Source: Phoronis australis
Taxonomy: Eukaryota; Animalia; Phoronida
DNA: 64,000 nucleotides
Assembly: GCA_002633005.1 (NCBI GenBank)
Contig: NMRA01000192.1
Location: forward strand, 76,231 to 140,230
Direction: 5' to 3'
How positions within the stretch are numbered: position 1 is the first letter of the stretch; every line of letters begins with the position of its first letter. Below, one piece after another: positions 23,100 to 36,091 of the stretch. Below the pieces are notes generated by a model. The model saw only the letters and a list, made by a program, of their open reading frames with translations. It was not told the DNA's origin and did not search any database. A program made the translations under genes and the position numbers.

Positions 23100-26050
23100 A
23101 GCTGTTGACAGGCTTTGAAGACTTCAGGCATGTCTGTCCAGTAAGGTGTCCATTGTTGGTCCGTGTCTCTCTGCCATCCAAACCCCTCTGGACTTGGGGT
23201 TTCCCTTGGATGGGCATCAGACTTTTAAGCCATATGCCAGCTTCATACTAGCGTCTTTTAAAATGTTTTATCAGAGCAGACTGAATAGGCGGTAGATTTG
23301 GCATGAGCTGAACTTTTCGGGGGGAAAAGCTCTCTTCGTATACTTTTGTCTTGGATGGGTGGAGTTACTCACAAATCCTGCCCAAGCTTGTCAAACACAC
23401 TATTGATGAAATATTCCTGCAAGTTCTCTAACTTTAACCACTACCCATAATTGAATTGCTGAATGTAAAGCCTTAAAAGGGAACTGTATTTTATTATTAA
23501 TAAATTTTGGCTGGTTTTCTTTCTTTAATTCCATGAATAATTCAACATCAAAAAGTAAACGTACATTTATTGAATTTAACTTAAAAAATTGGTTGAAAGA
23601 GTTCTGTAATCATCCGCTTTGAGCGCTGCTGCTAGCTACGTATTTGGCGGGGTCAAAGTTAGTCAGCGCCATATTTTAGTGTGGTGTTCTTCGTTGTCGG
23701 AATAAGAAATTTCATTGTGAAATGTCGGGTCGCCAGGGATATCTGTTTGAGCCTGAAGCAACATAACGTAACACCCAGTCGTCGTCATTGTCAGAAGAAA
23801 ACAATTTTGTACAACCATCTCGCGTCTGTAATTTACACTGGTGTGACTGTGGGCAATGCGGACTCATGCCATCAGAACTCGAATGCGTTTGCTGCCTTGA
23901 AAAAAGTGAGTTCAACGTGAAGAAATCTTCAACTCAAAATTGCCTTTCTGATACAGAAGACTTCAAGAAAGTGTGCCTTGAGCCTGTTGTTTTGGAGGTC
24001 ATGTTGGTTTCTTTGAGAGAATTGATTGGAGAACAACTCAGAGGAACAATCACAAACAGGTTAGTTGATCATGTCTGCAGCAGGTGACCTTTCCTTTTTA
24101 CAACACTTTAGTCAACTATAAGAAAATAGGGACGACTGATACAAAGATAAACTCTTCACAATATTGCATAAGAAATGAATACGAAAAGCAGCCGAAACCC
24201 CGCCGGTCACGTCACTGACACATCAGCCAATCAGCGATCGATTTCAGGATTCAGCGTTTTGACCATAAATACTAATCGGCTTTTGTTTGGCGCACAAGTC
24301 GGGCAAATGTGAGTTTTATTTGTAGGTTGGAACCGATTAACTGCAACATTATTTTGATTACAGTCCCCTTTTAAGCTGATGAGAAACACCATGAACAATG
24401 ACCACAACATCAGTATCTACTGTTGTAACCAGTATTGTTTGATTATCTTTGATCAAAGCGTCCCCAATGTGCAAGCACATATTAGGGGAGTCTGCCTCCT
24501 CATGATCATATGGTGGGATGTCAGAAACAGAGGAAAGAACAGACCGTGTGACTTCTGTGAAGGCAAACGGAGACTGCCATTCTGGCTCAGGAATGGTGGC
24601 CAAGGATGATTCTTATGCATAGAGAAATCATCCAGGTTAGCTTCTCGAACTTGACTAGCTATACAAAGCTGACTAAATTAGCTGTAAGTCTTTCTTGATG
24701 GCATCCATCTGTTGCTGTCGTTACTGTATTTTTCTTCACGCTAGCTGTTTTGAAAACAGTGAACTTGTTTTTCTTGATAGGAGTCTGTATTGGTTGTGAT
24801 TTTTCAGTTAGGACTGCTTGCTTATAGTTCTCGTATTGTTGTTTTCCAGTCACTTCCAATCAATAGTCTAAAAACTTGTAGTGCTATCAATACATCTGTG
24901 TGCATCTGTCGTCATAAGTTCATCACCCTGGTCAAGGAAAGGGTTTCCTTTGGCTGAACTTAAACCACACAAACTGTTCACATGACAGCATGTGCCGTAT
25001 CGAATACTCTCTAAAAGTTCACTTATCCTAGTTTACAACTATACTTGGATCTCATGCTGTCGTCCTCGAAGCAGTCCATAGAGAAATGTTCGCTACATAT
25101 TACCGAATACGGCGACACTCCACTTGTGTACTTACAAAGTCTCCCTACTTGCGATGCAATCTTTGATCAGTGGGAAACTTGTGCAAAGGTACCCCAGTCC
25201 GTGGCTTATTGTCACAGTCTCCAACTACACAACGGTCTGGCATGCTTCTTCAAATATTTAGTGTAGTTTAATTTTAAAATATGTCTAAATGGAAAAAAAT
25301 ACAACAAAAGCACTCCTCTTGGCACACAACATTGAACATTATGGACAGACTCGGCAATGATCGGTTCACCTCCCTGGTGTGACATATTTTCCGAAGATAG
25401 CTGAAATTGAAAATTTTCTGTTATCAAAATTCCATGGGGAAGTGGGAGTGTTTTTTAAACCGAATTATAGACGAATATGTGGGATGAAATAAAATGAAAT
25501 GTGGTTTACAAGCAAACTTTATTAACAGTCAACACAAGTGTATACATATTAACTACAACTAAATGGCTTTCAACCTAGTGGTTCTGGGACAGGCTGCCTC
25601 CATGGTGGCTTGTCTCTTCACTATTGTCTTCAAAGTAATATTGACATTCAAACTCAGTCAGCAACCTGGCTAACTCAGGCCCAAACACCATTCACCTTGT
25701 CAAACCATTTGGATTTTCAGTTTTACTATAGCCCCACCACTGTCTTTGACTAAGGCATTATATTGTTTATGTGCCTGATTAATTGGAATAGCACAGAATA
25801 CGTGCCGTGTCTTTGAGAACACCCTGTTATTGTTCTGATGCTGTCACATGTTAAGTGGCAGTTAAAACTCTGATGTCTTGAATATGGACAGCAACCCATG
25901 TTGTACAATGTTGAAGGCCGAGAGCTCAGAAATAGGGCACGAGATTCAAGCACATCAATGTACAGCGAGAAGTTGCATTCACGGTGAGCACTGACGAACA
26001 TCAAGATCAGTAACTGGACACGTACGATAACATTCCAGAATTCTAGTGTT
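23100..26050 (-). mobile_element. Academ(X)-like DNA transposon remnant (XPG-like nuclease), interrupted by nested insertions
   Basis: HEEADS..LHI....VTTVDTDVVVI (24380-24520), LPPIQSALIKHFKR.YEAGIW (23230-23300), PIKKNKFTVF and FVSAHRECNFSLY. Many stops. Confidence 0.65.
23477..24370 (+). mobile_element. Kolobok-like non-autonomous element (894 bp) carrying a P2X7-ballast/KolX-like Cys-rich pseudogene fragment (23722-24059)
   Basis: TTAA at 23473-76 and 24371-74. TIRs AAGGGAACTGTA / TACAGTCCCCTT match at 11/12. Protein GYLFEPE...WCDCGQCGLMPSELECVCCLE has an in-frame TAA at 23764. Confidence 0.8.
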
Positions 26051-26199
26051 GTACTTCTCGTTGAGCTTTCACTTTTGTAGTCGGAAAAAGACTGTTAGTC
26101 CAAAACAGCACCTCCATTTCCCCCAATAAGACATGCTTCTTCGTGGAGCTTTGCTAAAGAAGTAGCTGTGACCTGATGTGCATATCTTGTTCAAGTCAA

Positions 26200-27450
26200 G
26201 TGCGAAGCTTGAAGAAAGCTCATTGACATCGTTTCCAATAACATAATCCTTATGCCATATGGAGTGGGACCTAATTCGATTAGGGTATCTTCTGCCTCTT
26301 TCGTCTGGCTTTCTGATTTGGGCATTTTCATCAGGTTGAGGTTCAATGATAGGTTTGCTGTTTTGAAAGAAACGATCATCATCTGATTCATCAGGATCTC
26401 CCACTTGTTTGTTTCAGAGTTGGTTGGGCTCATTTGTGAACGCATCTGACTTTTCTTATGATCTGGTTGGCTGGGACATAAACCAGATATGAAGGGCTAC
26501 CCTTGTCATACCCTTCAAAAATGACTTTTTCACGTCTAGCATCCAACTTCTTTGGGTTTTGCACTAAGGCATAACATGTGCTACCAAATTTCTGCATGTG
26601 GGAAATATTTGGCTTGAAACCAGTAAATGACTCAAATGAGGTACATTTTGTTCTGGGATTGTAGCATTTGTTTCGCATGTAGCATTAGTGCATATGAGTC
26701 CACATGGACTAGGGTACACCTGCCTGCACTAGAAGGCACCTTGCTGATTCCAACAGTGTTCTCCATGAATGTTGGACCATACCATTTTTGTGGGGTGAAT
26801 AGGGGGCTGAGCATTCATGCTTAATTTTATTCTTAATGAAAAGTGACTCAAATGCGTCAGATGTAAATTAACTCATCCCCCTGGTCACTCCTGATTCGCT
26901 TCACTGCGGTAAGGGCTAATGTCCGCAAGAAATTTTTCCGTTGCCTTTACTGTGTCACTTTTCTGTTTCAAAAATAGATCATGATCAATCCAGAAAAGTC
27001 GTTGACACAACCAAGAACGTACCTAAAACCTTCCCTTGCTGGGAGATGGATAGGACCCGCTAAGTCAAAATGGATCAGCTCCAAAATTGATCATGTTGCT
27101 CGTTTGTCTGGGTCATTTTACCAATGAGGCATGGACCTCAATCGAATTCTTTTTTGTCTAACAATGTCATACCCTCAACAACATGATTTAATTTCAAGAC
27201 ATCCTAAGTATTGCAATGCCCTAAAGTGTCATGCCACTCCTTAAGAGTGTGGCTGCTTTTTGAGAAAGCACACCATTCAAGTAGTACAATTTGCCACGTT
27301 TCCTGATCTGAAACTCTCTACCATTCACCATCAAGGTAGCTGAATCTTTGCTAAACTCAACCTTAGCACACCTATCAACAGCTGATTGGACCGAGGAGAT
27401 AATCTGGGAAAATGACGGGACATATAATGCATTTTTCATCACTTATTTCA
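26200..27450 (-). mobile_element. Ty1/copia integrase region, degraded
   Basis: Motifs NALYVPSF, GKLYYL, HFDLAGP, RIRSDQG and KPNISHMQKFGSTCYALVQNPKKLDAR..IFEGY. Confidence 0.9.
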
Positions 27451-28294
27451 CACAGGCCCCATAAAATGGTGCAAATGGGCATACACTACTTGACAAAAAA
27501 TATTCATAATTGTTGAAGAAAAGTGCTTTGTTTCAACAAATAGTGCCTATAAATTTCAGAAATATTTTTTCAAGTTATCTTGTCTAAAAAATGGCAAAGT
27601 ATTGCTTTTGGTAGTTTTTCTTTCTTAAATATTTCCTTGTAACATACGTGCAAGTGCAGTAAACAACAAGCGTACACTTTCTGTAAAGGTTTGTCAAGGA
27701 TAAGTTTCATTCAATAGTTGTGGGAAGAATTTAGTGTTGGGAAAAATAGGTGAGAAACATAACCTGTCATCGGAAGAGTAATAAACTTTAATCTAATATC
27801 ACAAACATTTGCAACAAATACAAATGAAAAGGACAGGGAAACTTTGACTAGAGTTCAGCATTTTCCGTATCCAGCAGAGTCAAGCAAACACAAAATTTTT
27901 TACTTAAGTCCAGTCAGCAATTTATGTCTCACATACTAAATCATTTGTTCGCTGATCTGACAATATTTTCAGAATTTCGTAACTTATTCAAACTGGAAGC
28001 TTAAAGGTAGCAAATGTTACAGCAAATTTGGTGAAACAAAAACATGAAATTATAATTTATTTGGGGCATTGAGGCTTTCTTTACCCGAAACCCTTGGAAT
28101 GCTCTTAAAATACATACCAACAAATAACTTGTTTTACTCTAAACAACAGACTAACCCCATGTGACAACGGTAACAAATGTTTCAGATAAAGTAGCCGATA
28201 CCTCTAAAGATATTAAATTCGAAATCTCACTCAAAACTACCCGGTAATCATGAATCAGAATTTGTACTTCTGAAAATATTCAGGAGAGCACCTG

Positions 28295-28770
28295 TGGTCA
28301 CCACTATGGTTCCCTAAGCCCCAGACAACTGTTACCATGGCTATTCAGCACCCCTTTTGTATTGATGTAGATCTGAGGTAATGAAGTGGAAGGTAATAGC
28401 TAGCACTACTTTCTTATCAATAGTGGTTGTTATTACACCCAAATTGTTTTTCTCTGGCATTTGCACAGAGTTAAAGCCTGTAAACTGGAGAGTACTTTTA
28501 ATTTGGTACATTTTAAATATTACAAAAAGACTAAAAAGTTAATTTGTGTTGATCTTGACATAAGACCACTTTGATCCCAACCCAACGTTAGTTTTAAATA
28601 TGTTTCATACCTGTTTTCATTACTTTTTTTAATATTCCTGTCTACTTGTTTTGTTTTCTTACTGGTTAGGTGTGCTATCATTTTATTTTGTTTTTAAGCG
28701 AAGTATCAAAACAACTTAGAAGTCAGTTAATTGTGAACTGCTACACCAAACATGTCACAGTGGCATTTGG
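28295..28770. repeat. Dispersed ~480-bp repeat; second copy at about 43094-43590 in ATXN3 intron 1
   Basis: Shared blocks include TTTGTATTGATGTAGATCTGAG..GGTAATAGCTAGCACTACT and TTACAAAAAGACTAAAAAG. Confidence 0.85.
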
Positions 28771-29440
28771 CATTCCTGAAATGACACGCATCAGGAGTAT
28801 GATTGGATTTTCCACATCGAAAGCATTTAACATTCTTCTTAGCATTAGCAGCCTTGGATGTTTTGTGGTCTGATTTATGCGCTGTCATGTTCACCTTGTG
28901 AATTTCCCATTTGGTTTGCAATTTTTTTATCTCGTCATGTCGCCTCCATGGCATTGGCTATTTATAACACCTTCTCAAGGGTAGGGTTGGCTTCAGCGAA
29001 AAGGCTTTTCTGTAAGTGTTCGTTTTTTAGTCCACACAAAGCGATCCCTAATTGTGTCATGCAGTACATCACCGAATTTACAATGTTCTCTTAATTTCTT
29101 TAACTGTACAAGGAACTCCGACACACTTTCGTCGGTTCGTTGATCCCGCTTGTGGAACCGAAAGCGTTCAGTTATTATGTTGGGTTTTGGTGTTACATGA
29201 TCCCTTACAGTTTTGATCAGAACGTCCAAGTCCTTCGTTGCCGGCTTATCGGGGGATAACAAATCCCGCAGTAAATTGTATGTGCTTCCCTAATCAGACT
29301 AAGAAAAGCTGGTACCTGTTTTTCTTGTGCCACGTCGTTAGCCAAGAAATACTGCTCCAGTCTCTCATAATATGAGTCCCAAGTATACGTAGACTCATTG
29401 AAAGGCTCGATTTGCCCACTCCTCATCGCCGTTTAGGTTG
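28760..29440 (-). mobile_element. Ty3/Gypsy (Mag-like) gag remnant
   Basis: GQIEPF...WDSYYERLEQYFLANDV, ERFRFHKRDQ...HCKFG..IRDRFV and CFRCGKSNH...C zinc knuckle, with frameshifts. Confidence 0.9.
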
Positions 29441-29544
29441 TGTATCTTGAGAAATGAATAACAAGTCTGCACTGCTTGAAGAATACGTGAGAATTGCTTT
29501 TAAAAAGTGTCACGTGACTAAGCTACTACAATGCTGGGGAAACC

Positions 29545-29810
29545 CCTGTTGACAGAACACTATACAACACTTGCGACTGATTCCAGTATGCACTCTGGAC
29601 TTCATTTGGGGTTTTGCAGCTCTAGTTTTTAGCAAAGTCCTTGTGAAGAATAACTTCATTCTCAGGAAGGTTTTGCTTTATGTTTCTAATTTCTGAGTAT
29701 TGCTTTTGCATTCTTCCGCCATGATGTTTGAAGTCAGCTGTTTCCTTTTCCCAATTTTGTATAAAGTCATCCCTCTGCATTCTTCTTGGAACGATTTTCA
29801 TCTTCTGTTA
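29545..29810 (-). mobile_element. DNA transposase fragment (possibly Sola-type)
   Basis: KQNLPENEVILHKDFAKN*SCKTPNEVQSAYW resembles a DF(A/S)ENY...EIQSxHW transposase motif. Superfamily is tentative. Confidence 0.5.
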
Positions 29811-30109
29811 TAGTTTGGAAAAAAATCGGGTCCTCAAACCAAAAAAATAAACCAGTGACAGTAACGAATATTATAATTTGTGTGCAAAATATCCAGTTGC
29901 CTTATATGATTAAATTTTGCTTGCGCAATCTTGTAAATGCTCCCTTTAAAAATACTTGACGTCAAAGTCCGGTATCCCGTGGTTTGTTTTTCTAAAAATG
30001 TCTCGTCGATATCATTTGCACCGTTTTATTGAGCCTGGGCGATTTATGGAGAGAACCCTTCCCATCGATTAGATCTACACATGGGTCACCCCTCTTGAGA
30101 GCTAAGTTA

Positions 30110-31147
30110 CTGGTCCTACTACCGTCTGCCAACTCTAGACAATGACACGCAGGGTCAAAATTTTGACAAAATTAGTAAACTGGATGGCATCAATCATGCT
30201 AACTTTGAAAACAAAAGAATGCAACTTACTCTCAGAGGTGTCACCACAGGTATTGTCTCCCTCCCGCTCACATTTTACAGTAGACTGACAATTATGACAA
30301 GCATCATTATTACCAACATGATGTCTGAGATTGTCCCCAGGACCAGTGTCTTTTTGTGTCACCAACTTGGCACTGTCCTTTGTCTTGTTTCCTTCATTCA
30401 TCTTCGGCACACCGCAGTTGCATGGGTAGAGTTTTTACAATTCTCGCACCACTTTTTGCACTCTGATGCCTTGTGTCCCTTTGCTCCACGTGTATAGCAT
30501 GCACCTGGAATGCCACCTCCGTGTGCCCCACCTGGATACAGCTGTTTAGTCCTACGGTATGGGTACCGGACTTGTGTATCTTTTCAGTGTCCTCAAAATT
30601 CCGGAGGGCTACTTTAAATTCTGCAAAGTGAGGGCAGTTTCCTTTTGTGTGACGACCGCCGTGAAGGGTTTGAATTGCGCCAATAAACCTTTAATACTAA
30701 GGCCGCAAGAAGTCTATCACTGATTGTCTCACTGGTCTCTTTTTAAGCTGCAGGAATGTTCTCTGCCCGGATAACATAATCAGTAACCGACTCCGTTGAG
30801 TCGTTGCTTAGGGAAGTTAGTTGAGTATACAGCGTGATGCTCCTCGGTTTCCCTTTAGGCTGTTAGTGTTCCTTTAAAATTTTGAAAGCTTTCCTTCCAT
30901 CATCTATTGCGTCCCTCATAATCAGCGATAGCCTGCGATCATCTATGAACTGAACCAGCTCCGCAAAGGCTTCGGCATTTTTGTTGGCATCCACTGTCTC
31001 AGACTCAAAGGCTGTGATTATGTCGTACAGTTTCTGGAGTCTCATGTGTCCCAAGAAACGCACCTGCCATAAGTCAAACTTTCTTTCATCGCTGTCAAAC
31101 AGTAAGCATTTCCTGGGCCCATAACCTGTTGTTGATTGGTGGGACAT
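30110..31147 (-). mobile_element. Ty1/copia gag (+protease) remnant with PBS and 5' LTR end
   Basis: FDSDERKFDLWQVRFLGHMRLQKL...DDGRKAFKILKEH and zinc-knuckle remnants. ...CAACA|GGTTATGGGCCCAG at 31126-31113. Confidence 0.88.
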
Positions 31148-31639
31148 TGTGCACGAAGTGGATTTGTAGGTCAGTATGATATGCCGGTTAATAAAATAAC
31201 ACCATTTTTCTGTACAAGAAACTATCTATCATAATGTTTTATTCTATGGTCGCATCAATATATGCACACAAGTAGTATGCCCATATAAGGCAAGATTCAG
31301 CAAAACCAAAAAGAGTGAATGCATTCCAAGTCTAGAGGATTCAACTGATTATTTCTTATACAACAATTTCTTATGCAATTCTTATACAACAATTTCTAAT
31401 ATGCAGTTTATAGAACAATTTCTAATATGCAGTTTATAGAACATCGGTGGAGATCATCTTCTAACACTCCGACCTTGACCAAAAATTGATATTTTCAATG
31501 TACCAAACTGGAAAATTTTTACTGTACGTTCATAGATGTTTCCTATCAGTTTTCATATCTAATGTGTTACAGTCTGATAATGTAATATATTGGGTGCAAA
31601 ACAGGACCACTAAGGTACATATGTACAACTCGAGTTTAT

Positions 31640-33000
31640 TTTCAAGATGGGTGAGCATAGCACCAATACCATAAGGTGAGGCATCACAACACATCACTAC
31701 TGGCTTTTGCAAATCGTAGTGAAGCAATTCTTGAGGTGACTTCAGAGATTTCTTGTGTTGTTCAAATGCCTGTTTGTGTTTAGCAGTCCATTTAAAATAA
31801 ACATTCTTTTGCAGTATCTCGTGTAGGGGAGGCAATATGGTTGTTAGATTTGGTACAAACCTGTCGTAATAGTTGAGAAAACCCAAGAAACTTTTCAGTT
31901 CCGTAACACTAGTTGGTTGCGGTGCATCTCGGATTGCATGCATGCGATCAATTTTATGTCCGAGGTATACTACCGCCGATTGCCCAAACATGCATTTATC
32001 ACGTTTCAAGCGAAATCCTGCCTGACTGAACTGTTGCAATACCTGATCCAAGGCAAGGGCATGGGCAACCACGTCCTCTCCCCATATCAAGATATCATCC
32101 AGATATAATGCAAACATTGGGGATTCCTTGAAGCACACCTTCAATTACACGTTGAAAAATGCCAGGGCATGATGTAAAACCAAAAGGAAATCGGTTGTAT
32201 TTAAACATACCACGGTGAGTGTAGATGGTCATTTATTTGGTAGACTCCTCATCAAGCGGTTGTATCTAAACATACCACGGTGAGTGTAGATGGTCATTTA
32301 TTTGTTAGACTCCTCATCAAACGGTATCTGCAAATATGCTTTGCTCAGGTTGAGCTTAGACAAAAATTTGACATAAGCAAGTTTTGAATACAGATCGTCC
32401 AAGGTAGGTAGGGGCTAAGGATCTAGTAAACACTCCTTATTCACAGTCAGTAATCACTACAGATCTGAACATTGAGCATTCCCTTTCAATACTGGCAAAA
32501 TGGGTGCAGCCCATTCAGAGTATTGTACAGGCTCAATTATATTCTCGGCAATAAGGTGATCTTACTCTTTGTCAACCTTGGCTTTCATGGCATAAGGTAT
32601 GGTCATAATGGATCTGGGTTTGTAAAAACTTGGGGTGGCACTCAGTGGAACATTAATATGCCCTTTCACCTTTCACAAAGCCCAGTCCGTCCTTGAATAA
32701 ATCCGAATAACGTGATGCTATCTCGGTCAGTGGGTCATTAGCCACTGAAAACAGTTCAAGCCAGTTCCTTCCGATAAGGCAAGGCCCATCACCCTTGATC
32801 ACCACAGGAGGCAAATCATGTTTGGTTTTCGGGAACCACCACGACATCTACAACACCAGGAATAGATTCCTTGGTGTATATCTTGAGAGTAATGGTTGAC
32901 TGGTTTAACTTTGTGGTGATTCTAGCATCCCAAGTGCTTTTGAACTGTTTCTCACTAGTAACAGTGACGGAGGCCCCGGTATCCAGTTCCATGGTAACGG
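31640..33000 (-). mobile_element. Ty3/Gypsy pol remnant (protease, RT, RNase H start)
   Basis: MELDTGASVT, LIGRNWL, YLDDILIWG, FLGFLNYY and CDASPYGIGAML. A small internal tandem duplication lies at about 32195-32320. Confidence 0.92.
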
Positions 33001-36000
33001 TTTTACCGTTGACACGGACATAGTCTTATAAGGGCGTGGTTTACGTAATGATGGATTAAACCCACTTGACATGTTGCGGCATTTATTAAAACACCATCCT
33101 CAGATGCAAAACCAGTGGCCACCTTGCTAGGCCCAACATGTAATGATACACAGACACAGTCAGTTACAGGGTAGTTACTGTAAACTGCCAAGAAACATTG
33201 TTCCGCATATAAACATCGTTTGAACCTGACAATTGTTACGTCAAATGCAGATAAATTTTGATGTGATGAATCGACTTGTGCATGCCTGAATAAATTGCTT
33301 TCAGTCTGTAGGTTGCAGTGTAAAATTAACGTGCTCTGTATTAGAAAGCTTAAACGTAAAAATGTTTTAAAGGTGGTGCTGTATGGGTCTTCAAGCGTAG
33401 ATATTTCTGGTAAATGTGCGGCGTTGAGTTTTCACATTTTCTAGCTTTGTCTTTTTGTTATGTTGTAATAATGTTTCTTAAAAAATGTCATTGTGAAGTC
33501 CGACAATATGTTATAGTTTTTATTGGATTATGTGAAATTTATACTCTAAATGTTTATAACTGATGAAGTTGGTTTGTTAATAATAAATATTTATTTCAAT
33601 AATTTCACGTTGTCCTATTTATCATCTCTTTATCTTGCCATTAATATACAATAAATAACAAAATACAATGAACATGCTACTTAGTCCCTAATTCTTCCTA
33701 TGATTCAAATACACCCAGACAGATTTGGTTGACTTTCAAAACCCCTTCCATATGAAGTGAAAAAACAGAAAAATTGTGACTGACCACGTCGGATGATAAG
33801 TAAGGGGTACCATCCTCTTGCCATCTAGCAGCCAAGTGACGTACATTAATGCATTTGCACACTGTACTCTTCCAAACTGAACCTTTTGGTAAAAAATTAA
33901 GTTGTAAAAGCGAACCCTTTGAAGGGAAATGATTGTGAAAACGCCACCAGCTCAGTGGCATGCCCAGTATACATCTTCTATGGGAGTGCCCCTAGTGCAA
34001 AACATTAACCTGAGAAAAACTGGAAATAACCAGACAGACTTGAAGATTTTTTAGTATTGATTAAACCTTAACAATTCGAGGCTACATGATTCTAAATCTG
34101 GTTTGACAATCACTGTGTACTGGCAAGATTTTTCGTTACAATTAAACAGCATCAAAACACAGAGATTCTATTTCTTTAGCCAATCGTGATGGATCCCTCT
34201 GCTACCAGAGGAAAACTTGTGTGCGGCTGAGGTTATTTCAAAAAAATACAAGATTTCGGTGGGGTAGAGGAGGCTTTGCCTCCTATTGAAAATTTGTAGC
34301 GAGACTACAGATATAGAATTGATTTTCCTGTCTTGGAATCAATTTGTTAAGACCAGTAAGTTACACACAGACCCTTAAACCCAAATAGCTAAGCAGCACA
34401 TCCACAAACAAACAAAACCAACCACGACATCAAATCAGTGTACACCTAGTCTATCCAACATTTACATCATCTAAATAAATATTTAATGCCACAAAACACT
34501 TCGGTCAGTTCCTGGTGATTTTTGATGTAACTAATACAAACTTTTGAAGTGGAATGCTTACAGCTAGAAACTAGAGATTTTGGGTATGACGAACTGATGT
34601 TTTTGTTTGGGACATAAAAGTGTGAACTTATTAATATGATTCTCAACCTCCAAAGATATTTTTCCAAAATCCAATGTTTGAAATGAAATCTTAATTTTTC
34701 GTTATTATGCATAACATTTTTTGAAAGTAACATGCTATTTGCATGCCAAACATGCGCTTTGTTTGGGACAACTTCCACTGATTTCAATTACATGACACAA
34801 TTATCTTTATCATCAGCTATTTTCAAGGAGTTACTACAACATGACCATCAGTGCTTTGTGGCTTTAACTGTTTCTATCAAAGTGTGAAAAACAAGTCTGC
34901 AATTTGCACAAACCTTCCACAATTCACCTAATTTTATGACATTTGACCACTGAAATCCCTCCCTTAATGAATATGTTAGTACAAGCAAGTCTACAAAGGT
35001 AACAAACAATAGTTCTGTATCGTTTAGCAGCTGCAAATTAAACAAAGTGGCTATAAACCTGCCTTTCATCTCAAAAATCAATTTTTAACTTCAGACCACT
35101 TTCCGTTATTAAATTGGTCTCAATTTGCTCTTTATATAATTGAAGGTAATGAAGGCCTTCAAAAGAACTGACAGTGTTTGAGATCAGGCTCTGCAAGTTG
35201 GCTTGTGCATGTCATTTTATGTCTTGAGCACGGCCTCTAGGTATAAAGAATTCTCAGTTCTTTGCAAAAGCCAGAAATCATTCTTATCTGAATAAAGAAC
35301 AGGTCAATTGGTTTAAACAAAAAGTTTGCTTCTTCAACAGAACAAGGATTCAGAGCTGCTTTAAATGCTACAGACTTTATAAGTTATTCTCTTAGTTCAC
35401 AGAAATTAACAAGCATTTTACCTCGCTTTACTGGAGTGAATGCATCCTACTTTCCAATATTTGTCCATTGTGACGAATGAAAGTCATGATTCTACTGAAC
35501 AAAAGTCATGAGACAAATAAAGGCATGGGGTCAGCTAAAGCAGCCGAAAGTCACATCACCAATGGCACAGAGTTTAAAAGAGAAATATCTCTACCATTCA
35601 GATTTGGAATCTGATGTTAACAACTTGACTGCTGCTCTTTTTCCACTTTGGTTTGAAGCAGACAACTCGGCGTAACCAAACCCTCGGCGATAATTAAACA
35701 TGTCTTGAGTTCTATTCACTAATTCTTCAGTTATAAGACCTGACCATTTCATTTTCACAACTGAACAGCTTTCTCAAAAAACTTTCAACACAACAAAAAT
35801 GACCTACACTGTCTTATGAACAATGCACTCAACTAGAAAATATGGAAAAAAATAATTGCGTCTGTAATTACGTGGAAGCTCTATATTGGTAGTTTTTTAG
35901 ACACTTTTAATTGAGGTCTAAATTAGGGCTACTTCGAAAGGAAGTTAATCTCAACAAGGGTGCACCGTGTTCATTGTGAGCTGCGTTTGTTGACTTGCTT

Positions 36001-36091
36001 GTATCACAATCAGAAAATTGCTATTTCAGACAGATGCTATTACAGGTAAATGGCCTGACCCTACAAAATGACCTGCCCAAGACTACAAAAG

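Noticed and set aside
23788-24087. Host P2RX7 gene
   Set aside because: No P2X channel or ectodomain exons, an in-frame stop upstream, and enclosure by TIRs and TTAA.
27452-28296. Transib/Chapaev-like element with CACAG ends
   Set aside because: Only about 6 bp of terminal complementarity, with no clear TSD or coding remnant.
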